From positions 372,001 through 436,000 of the forward strand of contig AP024665.1 of the NCBI GenBank assembly GCA_024346625.1: a DNA stretch of 64,000 nt, read 5' to 3'. Position numbers and translations under genes: made by a program. How positions within the stretch are numbered: the stretch's first letter is position 1; each line of letters opens with the position of its first letter. Shown here in pieces: positions 21,872-31,981 of the stretch. This DNA comes from Williopsis jadinii (lineage: Eukaryota). The notes under the pieces are model-generated. The model saw only the letters and a list, made by a program, of their open reading frames with translations, had not been told where the DNA came from and searched no databases.

Positions 21872-23980
21872 CTAGTCGTTCCAAGAGACCACTGTTTGGA
21901 AAGAAGTGTAGACTAGCATAATAACACCAAAGATTACAATGGTTAGGTCTAACCTCTTTCCCATAGGAGTTGTGGTCTTTAACTTGAGATGAATCATGGG
22001 TGGGTATATGTAAATCAACGGAATACATGCCACACTTCCAATAACTGAAACGAACTTGTCCAGGTTTGATGCACCAAGCCATCCAGAGAGTGCGGTAAAT
22101 AGAACTAAGAGAGTTCTAAAGTAATTCTTTCTCCACTTCACCTTCGTATTATGCTTTCCAGATCTTTTAAATATACCATTCTCCAAAATTCTGATAGCCG
22201 GAAAGAGTTGTAATGGCGTCGAGAGGAGTATAGCCATGGCGTACAAGAACTGAACAACAGAGACGTATACACTATCCGAAGGGAAATTCAACAGTATCAC
22301 TGTGTCAGTTTCCTCACCAAAGGCCAAATATCCCACAAGACCGGCAGAGATGAAAACAACCGTGACACTGGCCAGAACCCACCCAAGGATCATTGGGAAC
22401 TGTGAAGGTTTCTTCATAGATTCTTCAATTGGAATCAAAAGACCAATACCTTCATATGTGAAGATTGCAGTTCCAATAAACACAGTCCAGTCATTGTTAA
22501 AGCTCTTTACGGTGGCAATTCCTTTGGTTATTGAAACGAAAGAACAGTAGTAGTAGACGTAGATCAATCCTAGCAGGATGAATAAATCGGCAACCAGCGC
22601 AGTTCCTGATAATTTTGCAATTTTTCTTGTCAATGATAATGGAATGAAGACAATCAATTGAACAAAGATGTATGTTTCAATAGAGTATTCTCTATCAAAC
22701 ATAGAAGCAACAAATGCCTGCAGATTTGTAGCAGTGAATACGATATACGCTGCTGCAAATCCTATTTGTGAAAGCACAATTGATGTGAGGATGGATATTC
22801 TCATCTTTTCACCAAATACTGCACCTCCAATATCACCATAACTATTTAAACCCAGATTCGTTTTCGTATTGATAAGTAGCATAAAACACCAATATGATAA
22901 TATCGAGAAGAATAAAAGTGCTATAGAAGAGAACAACCATCCTGCATTCTTGAAACCTCTTGGTAAGAAGAGCACACCTGTTCCAATGAACGCTTTCAAT
23001 AGCAGCATCACAGCCTTCGTGGTTGTAGCCTTGTGTGTTTCTTCATGTTTTCTACGTGGGACACTTGCCAACAGTAGACTCTCCTCATCAACCGATTCCT
23101 CCTCCTCTTCTTCATCTTCATTTTCATCTTCTTCATCGCTCAACTCTTCACCTGCAAAATGCCCATAAAGAGTTAGAAACTCGATGAAGTTTCTGGTAAA
23201 GAAAGTTGGCTGTTTGATATCTGGCCCATCGCCAACGAGATTGTGTCTGGAAGCCTTTTGAAGGAGGAAACTTCTTCTGAACCCACCAGGGACTCTGATA
23301 TCATGCACGTTGAAGTCCGGATCCAGGTTATTACTGTTGATCGATGCACTGAACGAGTGAGATCTTCTTCTCTGCGATACTGTTGGTGAGTGGGACCGAC
23401 GCCAGTTGTAGAGATCCCTGCTGATATCACCACCTTGGAGCTGCAAAGAATCAAACTCGTCAGATGGAGCAACCGAGCCAGTATCTGTAACCAGATGACG
23501 ACCAATGACATCTACCGTGGCCTTATCTGGATTCTTGATATCGACCTGAGGATTACCATGTGTGTTTGAAGTAGCTGAAACCTTAGGGGAAATCTCATCT
23601 GTGTGTAGCGACATCCTAGAATCTGGCCGAGAGGGCACTTTAGCCTGATTCATTAGCGGTGAATCCTCTCTGACACTTGCCAACACGTGGGATAGCGCAC
23701 TTGTAGACGCTCCTCTTTCTCTGTGCTCGGGTATGGAGCTCGACGACAGCTTCCCCTCGAACCCACCTTCTATCCTCTCAACCTCGCCAGAATCAGCGTT
23801 GAAGTTGCCTGCCTCGGCGCCGTCCTGCGTTGCCGCTGTGGCAACAGAGGCCTTCCTAGTGAAGTGCTTCGAGGAGAAATCCCCAATACGGAAGCTCTCA
23901 TCCATGTCTTCCTTCATGGAGTGCGATAGTGAGTGGAACCTGTTGTGTCTTGATCCATACGAATTTTCTGAAGACGGCAT
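21872..23980 (-). CDS. AVT3: Vacuolar amino-acid exporter (Avt3/Avt4 family)
   Basis: PGGFRR, FIEFLTLYGHFAGEEL, LLLKAFIGTGVLFLP and a multi-TM Aa_trans domain. AVT3 rather than AVT4 is inferred from proximity to LTV1. Confidence 0.85.
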   Translation of the reverse strand: MPSSENSYGSRHNRFHSLSHSMKEDMDESFRIGDFSSKHFTRKASVATAATQDGAEAGNFNADSGEVERIEGGFEGKLSSSSIPEHRERGASTSALSHVLASVREDSPLMNQAKVPSRPDSRMSLHTDEISPKVSATSNTHGNPQVDIKNPDKATVDVIGRHLVTDTGSVAPSDEFDSLQLQGGDISRDLYNWRRSHSPTVSQRRRSHSFSASINSNNLDPDFNVHDIRVPGGFRRSFLLQKASRHNLVGDGPDIKQPTFFTRNFIEFLTLYGHFAGEELSDEEDENEDEEEEEESVDEESLLLASVPRRKHEETHKATTTKAVMLLLKAFIGTGVLFLPRGFKNAGWLFSSIALLFFSILSYWCFMLLINTKTNLGLNSYGDIGGAVFGEKMRISILTSIVLSQIGFAAAYIVFTATNLQAFVASMFDREYSIETYIFVQLIVFIPLSLTRKIAKLSGTALVADLFILLGLIYVYYYCSFVSITKGIATVKSFNNDWTVFIGTAIFTYEGIGLLIPIEESMKKPSQFPMILGWVLASVTVVFISAGLVGYLAFGEETDTVILLNFPSDSVYVSVVQFLYAMAILLSTPLQLFPAIRILENGIFKRSGKHNTKVKWRKNYFRTLLVLFTALSGWLGASNLDKFVSVIGSVACIPLIYIYPPMIHLKLKTTTPMGKRLDLTIVIFGVIMLVYTSFQTVVSWND

Positions 23981-24233
23981 AACTGTGGCTTATTTGTGCA
24001 GTGTAGCAGGAGTATTCTCAGCACCAAACTATGTGAACACGCTCAAGGAGAACAGGCCGGCGAGTAAAGCAAGGATTCAAAGCTCAGCCAACGTTTTAAC
24101 TGAGAAACAACTAAGTAAACCAGCTCTAGCCAGAGGTAAAAGGATAAAAGGAGCCCCAGCCTAGAAAATCTTACACAGGAGAAATTGTCTCGAGGCCTGG
24201 ACGTTGCGCCCTGTCAAGCGGGAGAATTCCGGT

Positions 24234-24350
24234 GCTCATCGCATCGCATCGCTTTGTTCTGGTTTTTTCTCTGGAGGAAATCCGGTGTTTGGGGGAGGGG
24301 AGGGGGAGCTAAATCCGAGGGGGAGATGAGGTGCTGAAATTTTTTTTTTC
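24234..24350. promoter_or_regulatory. PAC/RRPE elements (LTV1) plus AGGGG (STRE-like) motifs
   Basis: GCTCATCGC at 24234-24242, GAGATGAG at 24323-24330, TGAAATTTT at 24335-24343; AGGGG at 24296, 24301 and 24318. Confidence 0.7.
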
Positions 24351-24418
24351 TTTTCACATAGAACAAGACATATCTCTTTCTCTCTTTGGTCATCTACACG
24401 GTAGTAGAACCAGTAATC

Positions 24419-25648
24419 ATGTCGAAGAGGTGGGATAAGAATGCGACTACTTTCAGGGTGGTCTATAGAGGCCACGATGATCCACGGTATCACGACTCGG
24501 AGGCATCTGAACATGTGCTTGTGCCCGTTGAGAACCCGAATAACAGGAAGGTGAAGAACAAGAGCACACTGGAGAAGGAGCTAGGGGAGCAGATGCATGA
24601 GATCAGAAACAACGAAGGTGAGGCTGCGCTGTATGGTATCACCTTTGATGATTCCAAGTATGATTACATGCAGCATTTGAAGCCCATGGGTCAAGGTGAC
24701 GGTGTGTTCATCCCGAGTAAAACTGTGAAGGAGAAGAGCAAGAAGAAAGATATCCTGTTCAAAGAAGACTTGAAAGATGTTTTACCGCCTGAAAAGACTG
24801 TGCAATTGACATACCAAGATCAACAAGCCATCCCGGACGATATTGCTGGATTTCAGCCAGATATGAATCCAGCTTTGAGAGAAGTGCTGGAGGCACTGGA
24901 GGACGAGGCATATGTCGATGACGATGATAACATCTTTGACAATTTATTGAAGGATGGTGAGTTAGTGGATGAGGATGAATTCGAGGACCAAATCGATGAA
25001 TGGGATCTCGATAACTATGAAGATGAATTTGCTCAATACGACGATAGCCATTACCAGAGAGAAGGAGATGAAGGCTGGGAGGCAGATTTTAGAAAATTCA
25101 AAGCTACAAACAAGAAGAAGGCCAATGACTGGGACTCTGATGATGAGTTTGAAGAAGAGGAGGAAGATAATGACGTGGTTCCTGAACTTCCGTCATTGGA
25201 AGGCAGTAAAGCAGCATCGTCTACGCAAAAGTCCAAAAAGGGGGCCAAACAGAAAGCTCGTAGAAAAATGGGTGCTATGACGGATCTTTCAAGTTTCTCT
25301 CTCTCAAGCTCCTCCGTCTATAGAACTGAAGGCTTGAGACTTCTCGATGATAAGTTTGAAGTAATGAGGGAGAAATACGAAAACAATAGAAAGGAACAAG
25401 AAGAGGAAGACGATAACAAGAAACCTTTCGATATGAGTACCGAAAGAGCAGATTTGGAGGATCTTTTGGATGACTTCCTTGATAACTATGAAATTGAAGG
25501 TGGTAGAAGATTGGTTAAGAAGAACCCAGAACTCGATAAATTGAAGAAGGCAGCTGATAGTGTTTCAAGGGGTAAGCTTGCCCAAAAGAGAAAGAAACAG
25601 TCTGGATTGAAAGGCCTGGAGAGCAGCCTAAGCAATATGAAGATCTAG
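24419..25648 (+). CDS. LTV1: 40S ribosome assembly factor Ltv1
   Basis: WDKNATTFRVVYR.HDDP, GEAALYGITFDDSKYDYMQHLK, GFQPDMNPALREVLEALEDEAY. ATG at 24419. Confidence 0.95.
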   Translation: MSKRWDKNATTFRVVYRGHDDPRYHDSEASEHVLVPVENPNNRKVKNKSTLEKELGEQMHEIRNNEGEAALYGITFDDSKYDYMQHLKPMGQGDGVFIPSKTVKEKSKKKDILFKEDLKDVLPPEKTVQLTYQDQQAIPDDIAGFQPDMNPALREVLEALEDEAYVDDDDNIFDNLLKDGELVDEDEFEDQIDEWDLDNYEDEFAQYDDSHYQREGDEGWEADFRKFKATNKKKANDWDSDDEFEEEEEDNDVVPELPSLEGSKAASSTQKSKKGAKQKARRKMGAMTDLSSFSLSSSSVYRTEGLRLLDDKFEVMREKYENNRKEQEEEDDNKKPFDMSTERADLEDLLDDFLDNYEIEGGRRLVKKNPELDKLKKAADSVSRGKLAQKRKKQSGLKGLESSLSNMKI

Positions 25649-25739
25649 GAATTGCAGCACCGGTGTTATGAGGTTAATGATACACAGTTTGTCTATACAT
25701 GCATGTACGGATATTGAATTGTTTCATTTAATCAAGTAG

Positions 25740-27878
25740 TTAGTCAACTGTTAACTGTTCCAAGTTGTCAGTGAGACCCTTCTCTGATTGCTCCACGATT
25801 TCGTCAATCTTCTTCGAAGCCCAAGGGAATCTTGGGTTGATCAAGAATGGTCTGAGGTCAAATCTGTTGTCATCCGGAGAATAGTTCTCGGCGTGATAGG
25901 CAGGTGTCATGACAGTCATCTTATGTCTGTTGATTGAATAGAAAAAGAAGAATCTCTTCACCTTTTCAGCAATTTGACGAGGTGTAAGCCTTGGTGTCCA
26001 CTCATGGTACAACTTCAAGAACATAGAATAAGGACCACACTTTTGGATCTTTCTCAAACGGCCAAAAATGCTGAGCTCCTCGTAGGTCATTCCCATATCA
26101 ATCTCATCTGATTGAACATAGTTCTCAGTGATAGGCTCCAACTCAGCAGTTGGTGTTGCCTCCAAGAACTCCTTGAGAATAGGCAACTTGAACTCAGTCT
26201 CTGCGTATGCGATGAACTTCTTTAGATCCGTCTTAGAAATGCTTCCAATAGGATTGATATCAGCAGAGGAACAGTCATATTTTGTCAAGTAACCTCTTAG
26301 ACATTCATCAACGTTGGCACTACCCAAGACAAGCAATCCACCTGTTTGTCTACCACGGACCCATGGTAGAAGCTGAGCAAACAGGTAGGCAAGAACCATA
26401 CGCAATCTTGCTTGAATATTTTGTAGTGCTAAGTTCTCCGTCTGAGAGCCACCAAAGATCTTGAAAATAGGCCTCTTTCCTGTAGCAACCTCAAATACCG
26501 ACACTACTGCAGCAACCAAAGTGTCCATGTTCAAATCAACGTGGTATGACCCAATCTTTTCACTAAGCTCCTTGGCTCTTGCCCTGGTTTCAGCTGAGGA
26601 GTTTTCAGTTCCCATGTAACAAGTATGGAAGATCTTCGAGGCAAATTCAACAGGGTCAGTAGGCTTCCAAGCGTCATCTTGAACGTTTGCAATTCTTCTA
26701 GCATCCTTGATCACTTGTTCGTTACCCTCTACAGCAGCTTTGACAACAAGTCGACACATGGAATGGACGATAGTTGCAGTCGCACATGAATCAATACCAC
26801 CAGATAGAGGAAGGAAGAAACCTGCACCGTTACAACGTCTAACGTAATCCCACATCCAACAAGCAGGACCTAGAGCAATCTCTTCTTCTGGGCGATGATA
26901 TCTAATCTCTCTAGGTCTGGATGGAACGATTCTGGCGTCGAATGTGATTGACGATGGTGAGAGCTCAATTGGGACATGAACACGTTCATAGGTTGGGGTT
27001 TGAGTACACTGTAAACCGTAAGAGATTTGGCTTCTGTAAGCTCTAACGTCTTCCAAGTCAATGGTTGCAGTAACAACCTCAACATCATTCAATGAAAACT
27101 GAGACCCTTGAGCAACCACTTCACCGTTAACCACAATCAGTGCACAGCCATCGTAGTATAGTCTATCACCATCACAACCCCTCTGATTAGCGTAGAGGTA
27201 TATACCTCCACATTTGGTTGTTGCCTCCGTGATGAGATTCAATCTCGTGTTCAATTTCCTCAATTCGTGGTGAGAGCCCGAGGAGTTTGTTATGATCTCA
27301 ACACCATCAAGTGACATACCGATGTGTGGCGAATCAGGAGTGAACAACTCTTCACATGTCTCTGCACCAATCACCGTGTCCAATGTAGAGATAACAGCGT
27401 CCCCAAAATCCACACTGACCTGACCAGTCAACTTTTGTATCATTCTTGGAAGAACATACTTCTCAACGTATCTTGGTCTTTGCCATGGGGTGAAATACCT
27501 CATCTCCCTGTAATTACCATCGTTCGCCAACCACAGCTTCGGTCTAATGAGAAGAATCTTTCCATCATATGACAGGATACGACAATTGTACTTGACATTC
27601 TTGTGTAGAATTGGAATTCCAATGTCCAGCAAGATACCATGTGTCTCCTTGTTGGCCAATAACGATGCATACATCTCCCAGGAATGCAGATAGGTGTCGT
27701 TCTCAATGAAATGGTCCAAACACCCGTATCCTGGAATCTCCAACTCTGGACCAACACGAAGAGAGGCACCTCTGCTTTTCGCTTCCACGATAGATTGTAG
27801 GATACGGTCTCTGTTGCCTTCAAAGTCTAGAGCCCATTGGTTCAGATTGCACGTCGCAACAGTGATTAGGTGTCCCAT
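25740..27878 (-). CDS. QNS1: Glutamine-dependent NAD+ synthetase
   Basis: Nitrilase domain ([18 protein letters not shown]) fused to a synthetase domain ([18 protein letters not shown]). Confidence 0.98.
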   Translation of the reverse strand: MGHLITVATCNLNQWALDFEGNRDRILQSIVEAKSRGASLRVGPELEIPGYGCLDHFIENDTYLHSWEMYASLLANKETHGILLDIGIPILHKNVKYNCRILSYDGKILLIRPKLWLANDGNYREMRYFTPWQRPRYVEKYVLPRMIQKLTGQVSVDFGDAVISTLDTVIGAETCEELFTPDSPHIGMSLDGVEIITNSSGSHHELRKLNTRLNLITEATTKCGGIYLYANQRGCDGDRLYYDGCALIVVNGEVVAQGSQFSLNDVEVVTATIDLEDVRAYRSQISYGLQCTQTPTYERVHVPIELSPSSITFDARIVPSRPREIRYHRPEEEIALGPACWMWDYVRRCNGAGFFLPLSGGIDSCATATIVHSMCRLVVKAAVEGNEQVIKDARRIANVQDDAWKPTDPVEFASKIFHTCYMGTENSSAETRARAKELSEKIGSYHVDLNMDTLVAAVVSVFEVATGKRPIFKIFGGSQTENLALQNIQARLRMVLAYLFAQLLPWVRGRQTGGLLVLGSANVDECLRGYLTKYDCSSADINPIGSISKTDLKKFIAYAETEFKLPILKEFLEATPTAELEPITENYVQSDEIDMGMTYEELSIFGRLRKIQKCGPYSMFLKLYHEWTPRLTPRQIAEKVKRFFFFYSINRHKMTVMTPAYHAENYSPDDNRFDLRPFLINPRFPWASKKIDEIVEQSEKGLTDNLEQLTVD

Positions 27879-27987
27879 TGTGTACGAATGGACCTCTAGA
27901 TCTTCTCATTGAGCATCCCCTGATAACCATCATGTCGAAGGTATAAGAAGGCTTGAGGCCCATCCCTCAGCCGTCGGGTCCAGCTTG

Positions 27988-28067
27988 TGGTGTATGGATG
28001 TTTGGGTGTCCGGGTGAAGAGGTGTCCGGTTGTATCGATGTCCAGGTGATGAGGTGTCCGGGTGTAT
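27988..28067 (+). repeat. Degenerate 10 x 8-bp tandem array (consensus approx. GGGTGTCC) containing Rap1-like sites
   Basis: TGGTGTAT GGATGTTT GGGTGTCC GGGTGAAG AGGTGTCC GGTTGTAT CGATGTCC AGGTGATG AGGTGTCC GGGTGTAT. Confidence 0.85.
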
Positions 28068-28161
28068 TGACTACTCAATAGATGAAAATCCCATACGTGA
28101 AACCTCGAGACGTCAAACTGGCGATGGAGTCAATCAGCTGAACAGAGCACATAGGCTTACC

Positions 28162-29448
28162 ATGGGGAAAGGATCTACCATTGTCATCAAACTTGGCACC
28201 TCATCACTTGTTGATGAGGTGACCAAGGAACCAAGACTTGCTACTATGTCGCTCATAGTGGAGACAGTGGTAAAGCTTCGCAGAGCCGGCCATAGGGTGG
28301 TGATTGTCTCATCTGGTGGTATTGCAGTTGGGTTGAAAACCATGGGCCTTGACAGGCGCCCTAAGAAGTTAGCACAGGTTCAAGCACTTGCAGCAATTGG
28401 CCAGTCAAAACTTATAGGCAGATGGGACTCGCTGTTTGCCCAATTGGGACAGAGAATCGCCCAAATCCTCATCACGAGAAATGACATCTCAGATTGGACA
28501 CAGTATAAGAACGCACAAAACACCATGCAGGAACTTTTAGATATGGGTGTTGTTCCAATTGTGAATGAAAACGACACGTTGAGTGTTGCAGAGATCAAGT
28601 TTGGAGATAACGACACTCTTAGTGCGATCACGTCCGCACTGATCAAAGCCGACTACCTTTTCCTCATGACTGACGTTGATTGTCTGTACACTGCCAATCC
28701 AAGAACTGACCCACTTGCCAAACCTATTCTGATAGTGGATGATATGAGTGCTTTGAATGTGGACACGAGCTCATCGGGCAGTGATGTTGGTACTGGAGGC
28801 ATGACAACAAAGCTCATCGCTGCTGACCTGGCCACTGAGGCTGGTACCACCATGATTATTATGAAGTCAGAGAGACCAGAGAACCTTTGGAAAATCGTGG
28901 AATACATTTCAAACAGCGATGATGATGTCCTTAATGGACTGACCATCGAGGACCGTCAGGTGAAGGAATTGGAAAAGCTGAAAGCAAACGACGTTCCTTT
29001 ACACACCAGGTTCATCGGATATAAACAGCACGTGAAGAACCGTGAATTCTGGATGCTTCATGGATTGCATTCACATGGTGCACTCATCATTGATCAAGGT
29101 GCACACCAGGCCTTGACCCGTACGAATAAAGCCGGCCTTCTACCAGTGGGTATCATTGGTGTGGTTGGTCATTTCCACGAGCATGAATGCGTTGCTCTTA
29201 AGGCTGGGTTCCGTAGTCCAGATGGGTCTTGGGACTCCACAAGACCTGTTACTGAAATAGGAAGGGCAAGAGTCAACTACGGCTCTGTTGACATTGAGAA
29301 GATCAAGGGACGTCAAAGTCATGAGATTGAAGACATATTGGGATACCATGATTCTGAATACATTGCACATAGAGATAATTTGGCGTTCCCACCAAGTGTA
29401 CTGGAGAAGAGCCAATCCAGCCTCAACCTTGTTCATAACGATATATGA
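28162..29448 (+). CDS. PRO1: Glutamate 5-kinase
   Basis: [41 protein letters not shown] and a C-terminal PUA domain. ATG at 28162. Confidence 0.97.
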   Translation: MGKGSTIVIKLGTSSLVDEVTKEPRLATMSLIVETVVKLRRAGHRVVIVSSGGIAVGLKTMGLDRRPKKLAQVQALAAIGQSKLIGRWDSLFAQLGQRIAQILITRNDISDWTQYKNAQNTMQELLDMGVVPIVNENDTLSVAEIKFGDNDTLSAITSALIKADYLFLMTDVDCLYTANPRTDPLAKPILIVDDMSALNVDTSSSGSDVGTGGMTTKLIAADLATEAGTTMIIMKSERPENLWKIVEYISNSDDDVLNGLTIEDRQVKELEKLKANDVPLHTRFIGYKQHVKNREFWMLHGLHSHGALIIDQGAHQALTRTNKAGLLPVGIIGVVGHFHEHECVALKAGFRSPDGSWDSTRPVTEIGRARVNYGSVDIEKIKGRQSHEIEDILGYHDSEYIAHRDNLAFPPSVLEKSQSSLNLVHNDI

Positions 29449-29464
29449 TTAGAATGAGCATCAA

Positions 29465-30415
29465 TTACTTTATAAACAGAACCAATTTCCTCTCTGTAGC
29501 AACAAAGAAAGATTTAATCTCTGGAGTCTGGAAGATGTCTGGTAAGGCAAGTTCCAGGTCCTTTGATTCATAGTTCCTGTTCTCATTTTGAAGCACTATA
29601 GCATTCCTCGATCTATCAAGACTCAACGTATAGTCCAAGGATGAGGAGTTCTGAGACTTGATCTCGATACGGAGTTTATATCCATTTGCAAGGTTAATCT
29701 TGGACATTGAGGTTTCATATTTGAGCCTTTCCTTTTTGGCCTCTTCAGGGCGTACTTTAGGTGCCTGCTCTGGCTTTGTATCGTTGATCTCGAGTTCCTT
29801 GATCTCCTGAATCAGTGGTTTGCGATTAGGCTTTGGTAGAGGCTCGTTGATATCCAAGTTGATGTCGAGATCTTCATCATCATCAACCAGCCTTTTCAGC
29901 TGTATCACATCATCAGGGCCATCTAGCGTCGAGCCAGCTGTACCATGAAGCTCCGATTTCAACAGCTTAATCTCCTGAGGAGCTCCTTTGCTCACCATCT
30001 TCGGCACGCTTATCTGTTCCCGGTCCAGAGTCAGCTCGCTTCGGACCTCAACGCTCTCCATACACCACTCCATCACTATTTCTCGAAGTTGTGGATCCCT
30101 ATGGATCCACGACATCGCCTCGTCGTTGATAACACAGTCATACACGTAGGACAGTTGGCCCTTCTTATCCGTCGAGTCCCTCTCTTCAGAGGCAACAATC
30201 GGTATTTCCCACTCGTTCGACATGATCAACTGATACGTCTCTGGAGGGTTATAGCTCTTCTCAGGCAGTGGGATCAGCGGTGAAGTACACACGTTAATGA
30301 ACACTTTGGTGTTGGGCGCTCTGTATTTGGGAGTAGTCGTGCCGACTTGGAGCCTTGTCTTGATGACAAAGGAGCCAATCGGCGTGATCGTAACGAGCTC
30401 ATCCGCTGTGTTCAT
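29465..30415 (-). CDS. PIH1: R2TP co-chaperone Pih1/Nop17
   Basis: FVIKT, KVFINVC, WEIPI, DKKG..SYVYDCVIN (PIH1 domain). First ATG at 30415. Confidence 0.9.
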   Translation of the reverse strand: MNTADELVTITPIGSFVIKTRLQVGTTTPKYRAPNTKVFINVCTSPLIPLPEKSYNPPETYQLIMSNEWEIPIVASEERDSTDKKGQLSYVYDCVINDEAMSWIHRDPQLREIVMEWCMESVEVRSELTLDREQISVPKMVSKGAPQEIKLLKSELHGTAGSTLDGPDDVIQLKRLVDDDEDLDINLDINEPLPKPNRKPLIQEIKELEINDTKPEQAPKVRPEEAKKERLKYETSMSKINLANGYKLRIEIKSQNSSSLDYTLSLDRSRNAIVLQNENRNYESKDLELALPDIFQTPEIKSFFVATERKLVLFIK

Positions 30416-30675
30416 GGACCCAGTGGTTGTTGAGGTGTTTCTCTTCACTGGTTTATTGTTTTAGACAGAGAGTGATGGAATTGTTGTTCCGGAGATGGGA
30501 TCCCTCGCTGGGCCTGCAAGGCTCGCTAGGCTCGCTGGGCGGACAGGGCCTGGGAACAAAAACCCACACCGGGCCGGGAGAATGACACATTCACGAGCAT
30601 TAAATACACAGCTGTTGCACTCCAAAGAGGACAGAATTGAAAGCAGAGCACTCTATCGCCATCCACGTACTTGCC

Positions 30676-31836
30676 ATGAGCCTACAGAAGTCATTGTTTC
30701 ATAAGAAGTTTGGCTCTTTGGGCCCAGCTGAATTGCGTGCTGGTTCCAATAGGGCGTCACAGAATGGCATTGGCGATGAAGCTGAAGAGAACAATGAAAG
30801 CCAGGACTCTCTAGCACCTCTGTGCCAGCCTCTTCAGAGACACAGACGGCTACGGAGCTGTGCTGAGGCCTCAGCGACTGACTTCTTCGAAACGTCGGAG
30901 AAACTTGCTCGAGGCTCTTCGTCATTTCAAGTGTACTACACGAGACCAGTTGACGATGCGGCACCACTGTTTATCTTCCATCATGGAGCCGGTTCTTCAG
31001 GGATGTCATTTGCCCCATTGGTGAAGGAGTTACAGCGCGTGTTCAAGAGTGATAAGGAGGAAAGCGACGTCTGTGGCGTGATATCGTTCGATTCAAGGGG
31101 ACATGGCCAAACGACAATAGTTGAGGATGCAGATGACTATTCAATGGATAAACTAGTGGAAGATGGGGTCTTTGTAATCATGGAGATGGTGAACAAGGTG
31201 GGCTGGGGACAGCTTAAGAACCCGATATTCCTGGTTGGCCACTCACTAGGTGGGTCCGTGCTCACAAACGTTTGCTCTGTTCTGAAATCCAAGGGTGTTC
31301 ACGTCCAAGGATTAGTGATGTTAGATATAGTGGAAGAAACGGCATTGAGATCACTGAATTCCATGCCAACATATATTGCACACTTACCCAAGTCATTCCC
31401 GTCACTGGAGAGCGCCATTGACTGGAATGTGAGTGCAGGCTCTCCAAGAAACAAAGCATCAGCGATGGTTACAGTACCACCGTTACTAATAAACATAGGG
31501 AATAATAGATACGTCTGGAAGATGGATCTATCCAAAACAGAGCCATTTTGGACTACGTGGTTTGAAGGACTATCCCAGAGGTTTGTTAAGGCGCATGCTG
31601 CAAAGCTTTTGATCCTTGCTGGAACCGATTCCTTGGATAAAGAGCTCATGATTGGACAGATGCAAGGGAAATACCAGCTCGTTGTGTATCAGGACTCTGG
31701 TCATTTCATCCAGGAAGACGTTCCATTGAAGACTGCACTCACATTACTGGACTTTTGGAAGAGAAATAGTAAGCAGAACGTTGTTATAAAGTCAACATGG
31801 GGTGGTAAAATTGCACATCAAGCAGTAGATGATTAG
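30676..31836 (+). CDS. PPE1: PP2A methylesterase
   Basis: HHGAGSSG, GHSLGG nucleophile motif, KLLILAGTD.LDKELMIGQMQGKYQL, GHFIQED. Confidence 0.95.
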   Translation: MSLQKSLFHKKFGSLGPAELRAGSNRASQNGIGDEAEENNESQDSLAPLCQPLQRHRRLRSCAEASATDFFETSEKLARGSSSFQVYYTRPVDDAAPLFIFHHGAGSSGMSFAPLVKELQRVFKSDKEESDVCGVISFDSRGHGQTTIVEDADDYSMDKLVEDGVFVIMEMVNKVGWGQLKNPIFLVGHSLGGSVLTNVCSVLKSKGVHVQGLVMLDIVEETALRSLNSMPTYIAHLPKSFPSLESAIDWNVSAGSPRNKASAMVTVPPLLINIGNNRYVWKMDLSKTEPFWTTWFEGLSQRFVKAHAAKLLILAGTDSLDKELMIGQMQGKYQLVVYQDSGHFIQEDVPLKTALTLLDFWKRNSKQNVVIKSTWGGKIAHQAVDD

Positions 31837-31981
31837 GCCTGTATGAACATGTATGGATGAAAATGGTGATTAAGCATTAGAGATTCTGAATAAATATGAT
31901 AGCAAATACATAGGAGTTACACATATTATTGATAAGTTGGTTGAGAAAACAGTAAAGTAATCATAGTACAGTGGAGTTGGA

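Noticed and set aside
20575..30675. Longer N-termini in the ORF track for DBP4, CTK2, LTV1, PRO1, PIH1 and PPE1 (also CYM1 and MRP8)
   Set aside because: They start at TTG/GTG codons in promoter sequence; family similarity begins at or after the first ATG.
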